A stretch of DNA of 56,283 bases, counting the filler, from Sphacelaria rigidula (taxonomy: Eukaryota): the NCBI GenBank assembly GCA_964200075.2. It is 5 parts of 5 records of this genome, joined end to end, with 100 filler letters (N's around TTAATTAATTAA, not from the genome) between each part and the next. Parts side by side here need not be neighbours in the genome. Positions count along the whole stretch, not along the records: positions 22,558 to 33,735 come from CAXNAA020005282.1; positions 33,836 to 45,010 come from CAXNAA020005283.1; 3 more parts are not named here. One strand, written 5' to 3'. Every line of letters starts with the position of its first letter. Within the stretch, counting starts at the first letter, position 1. Below are positions 24,616 to 36,805 of this stretch, piece after piece. The notes beneath the pieces were generated by a model. That model worked only from the letters and a program-made list of their open reading frames with translations, made no database searches and was not told where the DNA came from. A program made the position numbers and the translations under genes.

Positions 24616-25760
24616 TCAAAACGGCACCACCGGCGGGTACGCCCCCCAGCCAGCAAACCAAGAATTTGGCGACCCTCCGACCAGCGCGTCAACAGGCGTC
24701 GTGCCTGGCGCTGCTGCCGGTGTCGCCGCCGGCGCCACCACCGGCACCGGCGCAGTGTTCGACTCTGTAGAAGTCGGGCGCACCTGCACCGCCCGCTGCG
24801 GGGCAGCAGCACCTGCGGCGGCGCCGGACCCAGAGCCAGGCCCATGCTGACGCCGCTGCCCCTGCTGCTGCTGATTCCGCTGCTGCTGCGGCTGCTGCTG
24901 AGGGCTTGTCTGTGACCCTTCATCGCCGGAGGATCCACCGCCGCCACCACGATTAACTCGTATTTTGCCCTTGTGCTGACGATGCTGATGGCGCGCGGCA
25001 CTAGACTGCCCAGACTCTCCACCGGAAGACGTTGGGCAATCGCGCGCGTATTGGCCAACCTGGCCACAGCGGTGGCAAGTAATACTCGCGGCGCGACCAG
25101 CCGATTTCGAGCCATGGCTGCGCGAAGATTTCGGCGAAGAGGTGGACGACTGGCCGAACACCTCTATTCTCCGCCACTCCTTGGCCTCGGTCACGACGGT
25201 GCTCATCACCCGGTACGGGTCGTCTTTTCAATCTGATTGATGCTGCAGCTTGACAAGCACGCCCTGCTTGAAATTTTCCGGTGCCAATCCCTCCACCAAA
25301 GCCTTAGTGGTTACTGCTGCCGGTTCGGGAATGAACTCACCATCGGGGGAACGATATACTAGTTCTACGACCGGAATTTCCGTGAAGTACTTCTCCAAAT
25401 TAGCCAAGATGGGCTCTACACGCTCCAACATTGTTTTCCCCCGAGAATCCATTGCGACAGCTTTCGTCACGGCCGCGGACGCTTGGGTCAGATCTACCTC
25501 GGCGCCCGCCGCATGCCCTGCATGCTTTTTGATCGCCGCAACCAATTGCGGCGAGGTGATGGTGCTCTCGTTATGTTCCAAACGAGCGCACACTCTCTGT
25601 ACATGACTCGGTACTTGTTGAGCCAAAGTCACCACCAGATGCCGCACAGCACTCCCTGCATTAGCATGCTCCACACGCCTTTTGCACTTTACGTATTTTG
25701 TAAAAAAAAGTGCAAGATGCACTCTCTGAGTACCTGCCCCCGTATTGGAGAGGTCGTAAT
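24616..25760 (-). pseudogene. Gypsy gag with degenerate CCHC knuckle
   Basis: ORFs 25228-25722 and 24616-25209; the knuckle His is replaced by Gln. Confidence 0.75.
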
Positions 25761-26389
25761 TCTTTCCGCATGACCAAGGGTGTCACGATGGACGTACCTC
25801 GTGAGCCGGTAGCCTTAGCTGTAGCTGTAACCGGCTACCTGCGAAACTCTGCAGGTCAGCGGACCTTCGCAAACTGCACTTCCCTTGCTTCGTCGCTGCA
25901 CCACACAGTCGTAGGAGCCTCCAAACTCCCGCTGCATGCAGCTTCAGCAAGTCTCGAGTCTGGATCAATCACAGGCCAGCCGCCTTTCTGCAGCCGCCTC
26001 CGCTGGAACCCTCTCCACGCGTCCGTGGGTTATCAGATTCCCACAGCTACCAACCTCCTTCCGCCGATTTCCTTTCAGCAGATTTCTAGCACTAAAATCA
26101 GCACTAGCACTAGCACTAATATCGATATTGTGACACCAGCCAGTGGAAGCACTGCTGGATCACTGCTGTCGAGGGACTCCTCAGTCTCACTGGCCTCGGT
26201 TTCACTTGCCAGCCTTAAGAACTTCTTAGTATTCAGGAGGGACCATCCAGGCGGTTCCATAAACCACATCAGGGTATCACCCCTGTGTCCATGTCATCAT
26301 CCATATCATTACTACAGATCCCAAGTCATCATCCAATTGTTTCTACATACTCAACGTGACGGCGTGATTTCGTCACAGGTATAGACAAT

Positions 26390-27640
26390 AACTAAGCGGT
26401 GCACACTCTGACTGGGCGAGGTATGAAGTATTCCTCAGCGATAAAATTTGGCCAGGCGAAACGTTATTACCTACAAGTCAGCAGGGCCCATTTTCGCTGG
26501 ATGAGGTATCAACAATGAACCTCAGCGATGCAGAACCTCGCCAGGTGAGGTTGAAACAACAACTCAGCTGCACCCATTTCGACCAAGTAAGGTAGAAACT
26601 ACAACTTAGCGGTGCACGCCCCGGCCGGGTTAGTTAAGGACCCTAACACGCAATGCGAAATCGGCTGCAGGTAGGTTATAAACTACTACTCAGTCGTACA
26701 CGCCTCGGCGGGGTGAGGTATAGCCCATAGCTAACCGGTGCACACTCGGACCGGGTGAGGTATGTACTTTGACTGAGCGACAAAATTTGGCCAGGTGAGA
26801 CGTCATCAACTACAAGTCCGCGGTGCACATTCTGGCCGCGTGAGATATATACTACAACTCAGCATTGCCCATTCTTGTTGCATAAGGTATCAATTACACT
26901 TCAGCGATGCAGAACCTCGCCAGGTGAGGTTGAAACTACAACTCAGCTGCACTAATTTCGGCCAGGTGGGTCAGAAACTACAACTCAGCGGTGGACGCCC
27001 CGGCCGAGTGAGTTATAGACCATATATATCTCAGCGAGGTGGAATCGGCCGCAGGTAAGTTATAAACTACAACTCAGCTGCACCCATTTTGGCCAGGTGA
27101 GTTGTAGACCATAGCTAAGCGGTGCACACTCTGACTGGGTGAGGTATGAACGATTAGTCAGCTGTACCCGACACTTTCTACGATAGCCCCCCCCCAAAAG
27201 TGCATGGTCTTGGAAGGCAAAATCTTCACGTAAAGCGAAATGGGAAGAGCCAAACACAACGAGCAGCTGGGAATTCCCACGCTTGGGTTCGTTCCAGCCA
27301 ATGTCCCCAATATGAGGTGCTTCATGCAGCCTGAACCCGAACATCAGGCGCTATATGACAAATGTTTTCGTGCCCCTTTTGGGCTGGTTTTGGGGGGGGG
27401 CTATCGTAGAAAGTGACACCCATTTCGGCCTGGTGAGACATTATTAACCACAAGTCAGCGGTGCCCATTCTGGCCGCATGGGTTATAAACTACAACTCAG
27501 CGATGCACATTCCGGCCGGGTGCGTTATAAACTATAACTCAGCGGTGCCCATTCTACCTGGCTCAGTAATAAAGTGTAACTCAGCGATAAGAAATCGGCC
27601 GCAGGTGAGTTCGAACCACAACTCAGCCGGAGTTTCCTTA
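26390..27640. repeat. 42-bp tandem array with higher-order structure, interrupted by a MITE
   Basis: Consensus is approximately CTCAGCGGTGCACATTCTGGCCGGGTGAGTTATAAACTACAA. Variant monomers recur every 8-9 units. Confidence 0.9.
27172..27415. mobile_element. MITE, 244 bp, inserted in the 42-bp array
   Basis: TIR CACTTTCTACGATAGC9AAAA / TTTTG9CTATCGTAGAAAGTG. It splits an array monomer. No clean TSD. Confidence 0.85.
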
Positions 27641-28717
27641 TCCGAGTTTCACGATTAACCTCGGGTACATCTTGCTTGGAAGCACAGCTGGATTTACAGC
27701 GGACCAGTTGGTGCCATAATTGTATGCGATGTTAAAAAAACCACCGACATCTCTGCTGCCCATTCCCGACATATGTTTCTTCGTATAGATTGCCCTGTGC
27801 CCTGGGTGCTTCCAATTTCAATTCATTCCGGCGTTTTTGCCGTTGCGGTCTTGGATAGCGGCGGGAAAACCGGAGTGGTCTCGCCTGGGCCCTTGTCAGA
27901 AGTGGCTCCAAAACGAAGGTCTGCCGCACGCACCCATGGTATGGTGACGTGTCGTTGCACGCAGGCGCAAGATTGTTCTGAAGCATAAACCGTGTTCATG
28001 TAATCGCCGTCGCCCTACATTCGCAAGGCCCCCCAGCAAGTCGGCGCTGAGACGCGAGCCGTTTCCCGGCAAACTCCCGCTAGGTCGTCCCGTACTAGCC
28101 CCAGCCACAACCATGCCTGTTTTCAAATACAAGTACAAGACTTGCTTCCCGGTATGCCGTAGACTAAACGTTGCAAACTGCTGTTTCTCGGGCAGACGGG
28201 AAACAACGTCAAGCGTCAAGCAGCTGCAGGCTGGGCCGAGGGGCCCCATATCGGGGAAGGCCGGCACGACCCCAAACAGGTCGCCCAAACCTCATTCTGG
28301 GGCCGTAGCGCGGGAGGGGGGGGGGGGGGGGTACCCCCCTGATCGATGGATGATGGCGCTAGTAGTTGGTGTGTGTGCGCGCATCGGTCTTAAAACACAC
28401 ATCCATGTATTTTAAATATATATGGTGCTTGCTGCTGTGTTTGACACTGCGTACACTGCGAATTAACCGTAGCGTGACGCCTTTGGCGGTACTACATGCT
28501 TACTGCAAAGCGGCAGGATGCAGGGTGACAAAGCACACCGCAGGATATCACATACTTAGCCTATCCCTCTCCTACACTGATTTCGCGCTGTCCTATGCAG
28601 TTCGCCACATCATGAGCACAGTCTCTTGTACCTGTGGCCAACGTGTACGCGGGATATCACCCCTTGATACGCGCTCTATCGCTACGCCACATTTTGTAAA
28701 GCTGTCGATGTTGCAGA

Positions 28718-28960
28718 CAAGTTCTACGATACCCCCCAAAAAAACAGCCCGAACATGTAACGAAACAAACGGACCTGCAGCGCCCGATGCTTGGGTTCAG
28801 GCTGCATGAAGCGCCTCATATGGGCGACGTTGGCGAGAACGAGCCCAAGCGCGGGAATTCCCAGCTGTTGGTTGTGCTCGGCTTCTTCCATTTCGATTAA
28901 CATGAAGATTTCGCCTCCCCAAACCAGACACTTTCTGGGGGGGGGCTATCGTAGAACGTA
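28718..28960. mobile_element. Second, inverted copy of the 244-bp MITE
   Basis: The reverse complement aligns along 27172-27350 (CAGCTGGGAATTCCC, GCTTCATGCAGCCTGAACCC). Confidence 0.85.
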
Positions 28961-29179
28961 TGTGCAGGTGCAGCGTGCCTTTGCCCCAGGTGGCGCACGC
29001 AGGAGTGAAAGGCTTCCGCCGCTGTAATGGATGCATATCTAAGAAAACTCCTGTGTTGGTCTTCCTCCGATAAGACCCCGACTGGTGCGCCCACATATAC
29101 CGAAAGGTGGAGACCGGCGTCCGGAATAGATGGGACGACCACACACACACAACTCACTGTGCGCAGTACACTTTTTGGA

Positions 29180-29424
29180 CATTCTACGATAGGGGCGGGG
29201 GGTATTTTGTGCCCCTTTTTGTACAAAATTCCAAGTAAAATCGTCGTTGAAAGTAGCAACGGTTGCTCGAACGAGCTTGTTATAGATTAACGTTCATTTA
29301 TACCAATCGACACCGTTTCGAACCAATTACAAGCGAACCGTGAGTGTGGCAGGTCGTCTGACAAACCTTTGAGCCTCTTTTCTCGTGCAATCAAATACCT
29401 CCCCCTCTTCCCTATCATAGGATG
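29180..29424. mobile_element. MITE with CTACGATAG terminal core (second subfamily)
   Basis: CATTCTACGATAGGGGCGGGGGGTATTT at the left and AAATACCTCCCCCTCTTCCCTATCATAGGATG at the right; matches window positions 1-43. Confidence 0.65.
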
Positions 29425-31268
29425 ACTCTTTCAACGTCGTGTTCGTACTGATTGTAGGAACCTTTGTCCAAAGTCTAGGACATCTCCACATATAATGCAG
29501 GGTCTGGTTATTTCCACATCTATGTAATGTTACTCAGTGAGATCGTTGAAAAATCCGCAACATCTGGGCGAACTGTAGGTGAAACGATTGCCAAAATATT
29601 CACCTGCAAACTTTGCTCAAGTGTACTATCGGTTGATATCGCTAGAAGGACACCATCATAACCACCTTGCCGGCTGCCAGACTGTCAGGACGTAGGATCC
29701 GCTTGCATTGCTACTGCCTGTACGGGGATATTGCCCCCTGTCGGGTACGTGGGGAAGGGTCCGTGGCAGAAGGCAGTGGTCGCGTCAAGCAGCTGCACCT
29801 GGGCGTTCTCTCTCAAGACTTCGCTTTGGAGGATGATACCAGGTAGGCAGCAGCAACTTCTCTGTGTCCAGGTGCCCCTTAGAGCGGAATGCGTTTGGTT
29901 TCTGTTCGACGAAGTTTCCCCTCCCAAAATCGAAATCAATAGGGATTTTAGAGTGGAAAAAAATGAGAGGAAAAAGTCCCCAAAACCCAGCCGCGAAAAA
30001 CCGGTGAGTCGAATTTTTTACCCGGAGCAGAAACTAAATTCACAAAGTGACGTTGGAACTATACTTCTTCACCGGTCGCTAGTCGCTATATCGCTGCGGA
30101 CGATACAACACCGACAGGCGGAACCCGTTGGATGACAGCAGTACCATTACAACCAGATTAGGAAGCATGAAAACAGCATTAGTTCTGTAACGGAATGCCT
30201 ACTCTCGCTGCGGAAACCCAGCTCTGGGGAACAACTTGTGCGACCTGGGTTTAATTCGTGATTTTTTCACGCTTCCCGAGGACAATTCCAAAACATGGCA
30301 TACGTTTCAGGTCTCAGGATCCGAACTAGAGTGGTGCTACAGTGGGGGGAACAAACACGTTCTGAGGCCCTCCACTTTTGTAGTTTCTCGAACATCTGGA
30401 CCCAAGTGTGCACGCGCAGAAACCTTTTGGCCTCAAAAGTGGCACTACCCATTTGGGGAATGTGCCATATTTCGATCCTCAAACCTAGCCGATGTCTTCT
30501 CATTTGCCCGGGGTCTCATCCAATGGTCGTTTTTATCCACACACCTGTCCAATGGCATCACACATGGAGTGTTTTCGGCCGATCAGTGCAACGGGTCCGT
30601 TTTTTTCGGCCAATCTGCCAACTACGAGCCGCTTTGTCTTTATAGCTCTTGAGAACAAATTACTGGAAAATTCCCCCCCAACACGATCTGACCAAAGTAG
30701 GAAAACCAACCGCGTGACGTCACTCATGTCCAAAAGTCTCCACTCGAAATGGTCACGGACGACGTCACCCGTCGACACAGGAATAATTTACGATCACAGT
30801 CCATGCATGCCACTTCCCTCTACATGACCTCTGTACATCGATGACAACATCCCAGCACAGTCACAACTTGCAGGATGGCTAGAGGACGCGCCAAATGTGA
30901 TTTCATCTATCGAATCTCCCGTCACATTGTGCGGGGCGGTTCTCAACAAAATGGATGTTCCTCTGTACACAAACGCACCATAAACAGTTACGGCGTCACC
31001 AAAATCGCCCCCACCACAACCCAATACACTAAATTTCACGCACGTCATGCGGACACCGTAAAAACAGAAACAACGGACAAGTAGTAAAACCCTTCGTCGT
31101 GAAGCAAGTGGCGCTTCGTCCAGAACACCCCGCGAGAATTGCCGCGCTCTACTGCAGCGGTAGCATGTTTCCAAAATCACGCCGCATTTTGCAACATTCA
31201 AGCCATCCGACCCCACCCCCGGCCAACGCCGTTAAACCATTGCATAACTGGTGAAAACAAATTGAGAT

Positions 31269-31395
31269 AATCCAATCTATATGTGTGACGCAAAAGCATC
31301 GCCTCCAGAGTGAACAATTCCTCAGTCGATTAGCCAATCCAATCTATACGTGTGACGCAAGAGCATCACCCCCAGCGTGAACAATTCCTCAGTCG
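31269..31395. repeat. Local tandem duplication, 67-bp period
   Basis: AATCCAATCTATAYGTGTGACGCAA..GTGAACAATTCCTCAGTCG occurs twice. Confidence 0.85.
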
Positions 31396-31973
31396 TGAGA
31401 CGATACTGCCATGTAGTCGCACGTGCTGCATGCGTTACAAAATCGGGAAGTGCGAGTCCATGGAATTCCACCCGTATTTTTCGAATATTTCGGCAGATGC
31501 CTTCTTTTTTCTTCCGGCCTTGTCGTTTTCGTTCCTTTTTGCCGTCTTCTTGCCCACGCCGCCGCTGCTGCTACTGCCCTTCGATGACGGGGAAAAATCT
31601 CCGTCCTGCCTCGGTCATATTCAAGTGTTTCGCGCACCAGAGAGACAGATCACAGCGATCCCGTGGAGTGAAGGAAGACACGCGGGATGGCGGGGAGCAA
31701 AAGAGCGGGCGAGGTAAGGAGACGAGGGGGGTGAGGGGGGAAGCACTTCATAACTGTCGCAGCTACTTCCACCATGTGGCGAACACAGCTTTGATTGCAG
31801 GCCTCAAGGCAGTAATTGGCACTCATGTTGAGGAACAGTTTTGAATCGATACGAAAACGAAAAGAAGTAATTCACCGGACAATCCTTGGGATTCGCACTT
31901 TCCGCACACGAGTGTCAGTTTCTCGCACAACCTCTGCCGTGATTTCGCCAACCTACCCCCCCACTGGACCGTG

Positions 31974-32038
31974 GCTCCGTCTCGAAAGGGATGCGTGGTC
32001 AATGGTCAAATGACTAAGGCAAGCAACAAATGAGTACG
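31974..32038 (+). mobile_element. Tail-only copy of the LINE 3' end with 18-bp TSD
   Basis: Matches ~20115-20179. Flanked by CCCCCCCACTGGACCGTG (31956-31973) and CCCCCCCACTGGGCCGTG (32042-32059). Confidence 0.85.
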
Positions 32039-32566
32039 CCCCCCCCCCACTGGGCCGTGCTTCGAACCCTGGTCCGTTTTGCTACTCTCGTGCCTAGCCC
32101 CTACCCTGTGATGGAGGGAACCTTGCTACCGGCTCTGCACAGCATGGATTTCGACACTCAATAAGCAAACATAGATTGATTTGGAGCTAGACAGGCGATT
32201 GACGGCGTGGGGGGCGGGGGAGTGGCCGCTGAGCTTGACATCCCGAGTCAGTGTCACGACGTAGCGTGTTTATTTGAACACTGGATACGACAAAAATGGA
32301 TCCATCGAGGCTTGGTGAATGGAGGGTTGTGGACACACACCAGTTCGGGCATGATACCTCGAGTCAGTTTCACGTTCACCGTGAGGTGTATTCACACGTC
32401 ACAAATCGCTTCAATTTCCGGGCATCGACAGCGCAGCTACCCATTAAGAGGGACACCAATGCTGAAAACATTTACAGCGCAAAGGCGAAACGTTTGTGCT
32501 GAACAAACGAAAATACTCACGGGGACAAGTTGACGTCAACACACACGACAATAATACCGAAGCAGG

Positions 32567-32567
32567 C

Positions 32568-32607
<40 letters not shown>
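32567..32607. repeat. (CAA)n microsatellite
   Basis: Directly visible. Confidence 0.95.
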
Positions 32608-33735
32608 TGCGTGCGTCGCTGTGGTTGTACACAGCGGTGGGTACCCCGCACGCACGCACCTCGTTGTCATGTACCTTCCACACCTCGCTCACTGTGGGCA
32701 GTACTCTCAGCAACACCTGCTGCTTTTGCTGAATCACCTGATCAACCGCAAACGGGCAACAGATCGCGATAATATCAGGGGAGCCGGACGTACACCGGGA
32801 AAAAACAACCCCAGGGTGGCGGGGGCACGAAGAAGGGGGGCCTTGGGCTATTTGTCACCTGGGAAATCGAATTAACGGCAACTTGACGTATCACTCGATA
32901 GGTAATCTGACGGTTTGTGACCTGGAGAGCTCAGCAATGCGATGACCATCTCCCTCTCATCTGTTTGATTTCCGAACCTTTGATGTCATGTTTCAACTGC
33001 GTACGTGTGTTCTTCATGAGAATGGATCCAGCGTGTTCACATGAGGGAGCTCGTGTGTATTACCGCCAACTCCTCCTGGGGGAGTGTCATCGTTGTCTGA
33101 GGTAACTCCGATCAGGATCATTTGTGAGTTGTCGGAGAGAGGCACGCGATGACGCTCACAAGCCCGCGCAGGGTAGCTGTGCCCGCAACGATCACAACCA
33201 AACCTTTCACACGTCGGATAGATCATGATTTTTCGGAAACAAGTGATCAAAAAAGACTTTCGAATCCGTTGGTCCAAAACACAGAATATGTGACCGCGGA
33301 GTCAGAGAAGCCAAAGCGCAACCTTTGCGCTACTCGGCGTCCTGCGATGTGAGGAGCAAACCGTGAAAAGGGGAGCCAAGTATAGTGATCGAGATGATGA
33401 TTCAGATCAGTACACTGAGAAGAAGTAATTTTCAGACAGATCATGATCTGTTCGACGTGTGAAACCTCTACATTCGGTCACCTCACCTCCGGGGAACCGT
33501 CACTCCGGTTGTTGTGTCATCAACCTCGCACATGCGATTTTCTCATGGGAGGAGTTTGACAGCGGCATGTGACGCGAACGGTCGCCCTCCCGTAGGAGGA
33601 GTTCGATGACTACATCAAGGATCACTGCGCGAGAAGCCGACATAGGTATTCCAATATTGGGACCTCGTTTCCGGAGAGACGTCGGAAATAGAAATATGAT
33701 GAGATGAGCGACAACAAGAGGGGGGGGGGGGGGGG

Positions 33736-33835
33736 NNNNNNNNNNNNNNNNNNNNNNNNNNNNNNNNNNNNNNNNNNNNTTAATTAATTAANNNNNNNNN
33801 NNNNNNNNNNNNNNNNNNNNNNNNNNNNNNNNNNN
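33736..33835. other. Artificial scaffold spacer
   Basis: N44-TTAATTAATTAA-N44. Confidence 0.97.
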
Positions 33836-33875
33836 CGTGGAATAAAAAAATGACTCACTGAAAGCGAATGATAAA

Positions 33876-33924
33876 AGCCACTCTCAATCATATCATCTAC
33901 TCTCAATCCCACGAAAACACTGCT
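33876..33924. mobile_element. Right end of a MITE related to 34827-35126
   Basis: CACTCTCAATCATATCATCTACTCTCAATCCCACGAAAACACTGCT resembles 35081-35126. Confidence 0.65.
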
Positions 33925-34002
33925 AAAAGCAAATTGAGAAGGCGCTAAAATACACAAGGAAATGGAGAGTGACAACAAACGTTAACAAATGCGCGGTACT
34001 TG

Positions 34003-35227
34003 TATGTAATGAGGATAATAAGAACCCGGTAGAGTTCAAGTAGAAGTGGGAAGAAGAGGTGCTGCCGATCGTAGACCAGTATACATCCCTTGGCGTGGAG
34101 ATCTACAAAAACTGTTTCTGGGATGCACACATGAATAAAGAAATAAAAAAGGGTAGGTCACAGATAGGAAGGATGGGCGTGATCCTCGGAGACTCGCATC
34201 TAGACACTAGGATTAGGAGATGTATCCTGACAAACGTGATTGTGCCAAAGCTGGAGTATGCAGGAGAAATATGAGAAGTGAACGTGAAGTTGGTGCAAAA
34301 GTTGGAAACAGTACAGATGACAGCAGCTAAGAAAATACTTGGAAGCTCGAAAACGACGAGTAATACAGCACTGAGAGCAGAGTTGGGACTACACACTTGA
34401 AGCAAATAGAGACATGAGGAAATTGAGATGACAATGTGACGTAAAGAAGATGCAGAGAAAGAGATTGCCACCCATAGTTGATAGGGCTGTGTGGAAGAAA
34501 TGACGGTAGGGCAGACTGGAGAAAACGGGGGTAGAGTAATCGAGAAAGTATGGGAGGACATAGGAGGAAACCAAGACGAAATACTGTCCATAGGTGAAGG
34601 TGGCGGATACAAGACAAAGGTAAGAGACATGATAGCAATAAGGGGAACATGAGCGCTCAGACGCAAAGTAGACGAGGAAGGACACCTGAAGATATGCGGG
34701 GGGTTGAGAAAGGGGATAGGGGTGAAAGCATATTTGCATGGCCCAATGGACGCTGCGAGAAATCTGAAACTGCGACTTCGGTTGGGGCACCTGGACCTGC
34801 CAGAAAGAAGAAAGGGATTTACCAGTAACAACGTTTTCGTGAGATTGAGAGTAGAGTGCTGATTGAGAGTGGTTTTGATAATTCACTTTAACTTAGCCCA
34901 TTTTTCGTTCCGTGTATGCTTTTCTTTGCCTCCATCACTGGCATGTGCTCACAGCTACACGTCGATATCCTACTCAGGGATATCAAGGGCCTCAGTGGTA
35001 AGCTACTACAGAAAGCATACTGGGCCTCGTGAAGAAGCATTTCGGGACTGAAACGATTCATTCACTGATTGACCGCTTTTCACTCTCAATCGTATCTTCC
35101 ACTCTCAATCTCACGAAAACATTGTTCAGTCGTCGAAAGGAGGAGGAAGTAGATGGACAGAACTGCCTCTGTGGCAAGGCAATGGAGAGCAGAAGTCATA
35201 TAGATGCAGAATGTGAACTATACAAGT
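34003..35227 (+). mobile_element. Non-LTR retrotransposon (LINE) ORF2 remnant: RT C-terminal part to Zn finger
   Basis: Encodes VDQYTSLGVEI, VPKLEYAGEI*, KLETVQMTAAKKILG..TSNTALRAELGL and CLCGKAMESRSHIDAEC. Contains stops, frameshifts and a MITE insertion. Confidence 0.9.
34827..35126. mobile_element. MITE, 300 bp, with 4-bp TSD, nested in the LINE
   Basis: TIR AACAACGTTTTCGTGAGATTGAGAGT / ACTCTCAATCTCACGAAAACATTGTT with TSD CAGT. Removing it restores collinearity with the LINE copy at ~19780. Confidence 0.9.
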
Positions 35228-36805
35228 AAATTATCAAGCGAACGTGGCCAGTATACTTCGTGGACTCGAGCGATAGCACTTCAACTGTTCTGTGATAGAA
35301 AATAAGGGTTCTGCCCTGTAGTGAGGCTCACAAGTACTTCGAGATAAAAGTCATGGTCACACACAATAGCAGCGGCTTGAGTCGTATTGTAATTTCCTCA
35401 AAACTGGCCTCACAGTGCACACATGCAAAGCCCAAGTTGACCTCAGCCGATGGGATAAACCAAGTACATTACACAATACAAACGAGCAAGCTATTATCCA
35501 CACCCAAGGTTCCCTAGCAGGGATTCGGCTAGTCCGTAGGAGCGAGAGAAAATGCCGAAATGTTGTTGGTTAGGTCCAAACCAAAGTGATCGAGTGAGGG
35601 TGGTCGCCTCATCCTATCTCAGAAAGACACATTTCACACGTATTGTCATCTCCCACACCCAGGAGCAAACTTAGATCTAACAGTACCACACTAAAACCAA
35701 GACAAACGCGCAGATCACCGAGAAGGTGATCTAGACAGAACAGATCTGATCTGAATCTGATCTGAACCGCTTCAGATCAGTTCACTTGATCTAAGTAACC
35801 GAACCACATGCACGGTAATATGTCCAAAACAAGGAACAATATGAGAACCCGGTGTAGGCCCTGATCGGCAGGTTGGCCTCTTACAATCTGTCCAGTACAG
35901 GTTGGTGCTCTGCGGAACGATGGAATCTTTGATATCCAACCCTAAAAACAAGTCATGCAATGTAAACGGAAGACATCGGCCGTTGGTCACACCCAAAATC
36001 CGCTACTGTCCAATTCGAACCTTATGACGACATCCGTTTGGTGAAACTAATTATACAGATGCGAAGCAACCTTCTCCCAATCCTTGCCTCCAAATATCAT
36101 ATCACTGTTCTTATCTCACACTACACATATAACTGCCTACATTGTGCGGTGCAGCTACCAACCCACCATCAACTAGCGACATCGGTTGATGCACGTGTGC
36201 TTTCCATTCACATTCGTCACGCGTGGAAGTTGCGCTCGCATAGGTTTCACCAGAAGTACTCCAGAAACCCACTTTTGTCGCATCGGTAGCAATCCTGTTT
36301 CCAGGAGCGGATAAGCTTCTACGGCTTCATTTTCCTTCCTGAAAATGAATAACGAAGATTTCAGTAGGAGGCAGCATTGTAATCAAAGGGCGGAACGTGC
36401 GTATATGAGTAGCGTTCAAGGGCAGCTTATTCAGCACGAAATACGGACTCGGTGTACTGGTTGTGGTGCTTTCCCCTTTGAGGGCTGGACATTGCAATGA
36501 ACATCGCCGACCATGTTGTGCTCGAATGTTGATATGTAGAGTTATCCGACATGCTTCGTAACGTGAAACATGGGCAGAGGTCAAGATTGACAGCAGAGAG
36601 TCATCAATCAACCCCTACTCACCCTAGCCCCCTTATAGTTACGGGATGCATTCCGGCACGATGATTTCTACCCCAACAAAATAGGACACACGAGGTCGAC
36701 CGGGTGTGCAGCGGCGTGTGATCGACGAACATGGCATCATCGATGCATTCCCAAACTCTGTCGTCCAGCAGCTTCGGGGACTTCGATTTCGAGTATATTA
36801 CCATA

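Larger units (their letters stand above)
22625..26270 (-). mobile_element. Ty3/Gypsy LTR retrotransposon, degenerate and internally deleted
   Basis: Order is gag, Zn knuckle (CHRCGQVGQYARDC, ~25036-25077), protease (VLDSG, ~24441), RT start (WSSPDMAFPKK), connection/RNase H start (WTE..AW, FPDASKSHWG), integrase (H..H..C Zn motif, HFDFL, SDTSTH, GTCERM). LTRs were not identified. Confidence 0.9.

Noticed and set aside
25710-26384. 224-aa plus-strand ORF
   Set aside because: It is antisense to the Gypsy leader/gag, Ser-rich and has no motif.
26240-26400. 5' LTR and primer-binding site of the Gypsy element
   Set aside because: No CA-TGG junction or second LTR is available for comparison.
26390-27640. 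CRISPR or guide-RNA array interpretation of the 41-43 bp arrays
   Set aside because: The variable parts are homologous between units rather than unique spacers, the repeats are degenerate, the context is eukaryotic and no cas-like gene is present.
34103-34831. 242-aa minus-strand ORF
   Set aside because: It is the antisense shadow of the purine-rich LINE ORF2.
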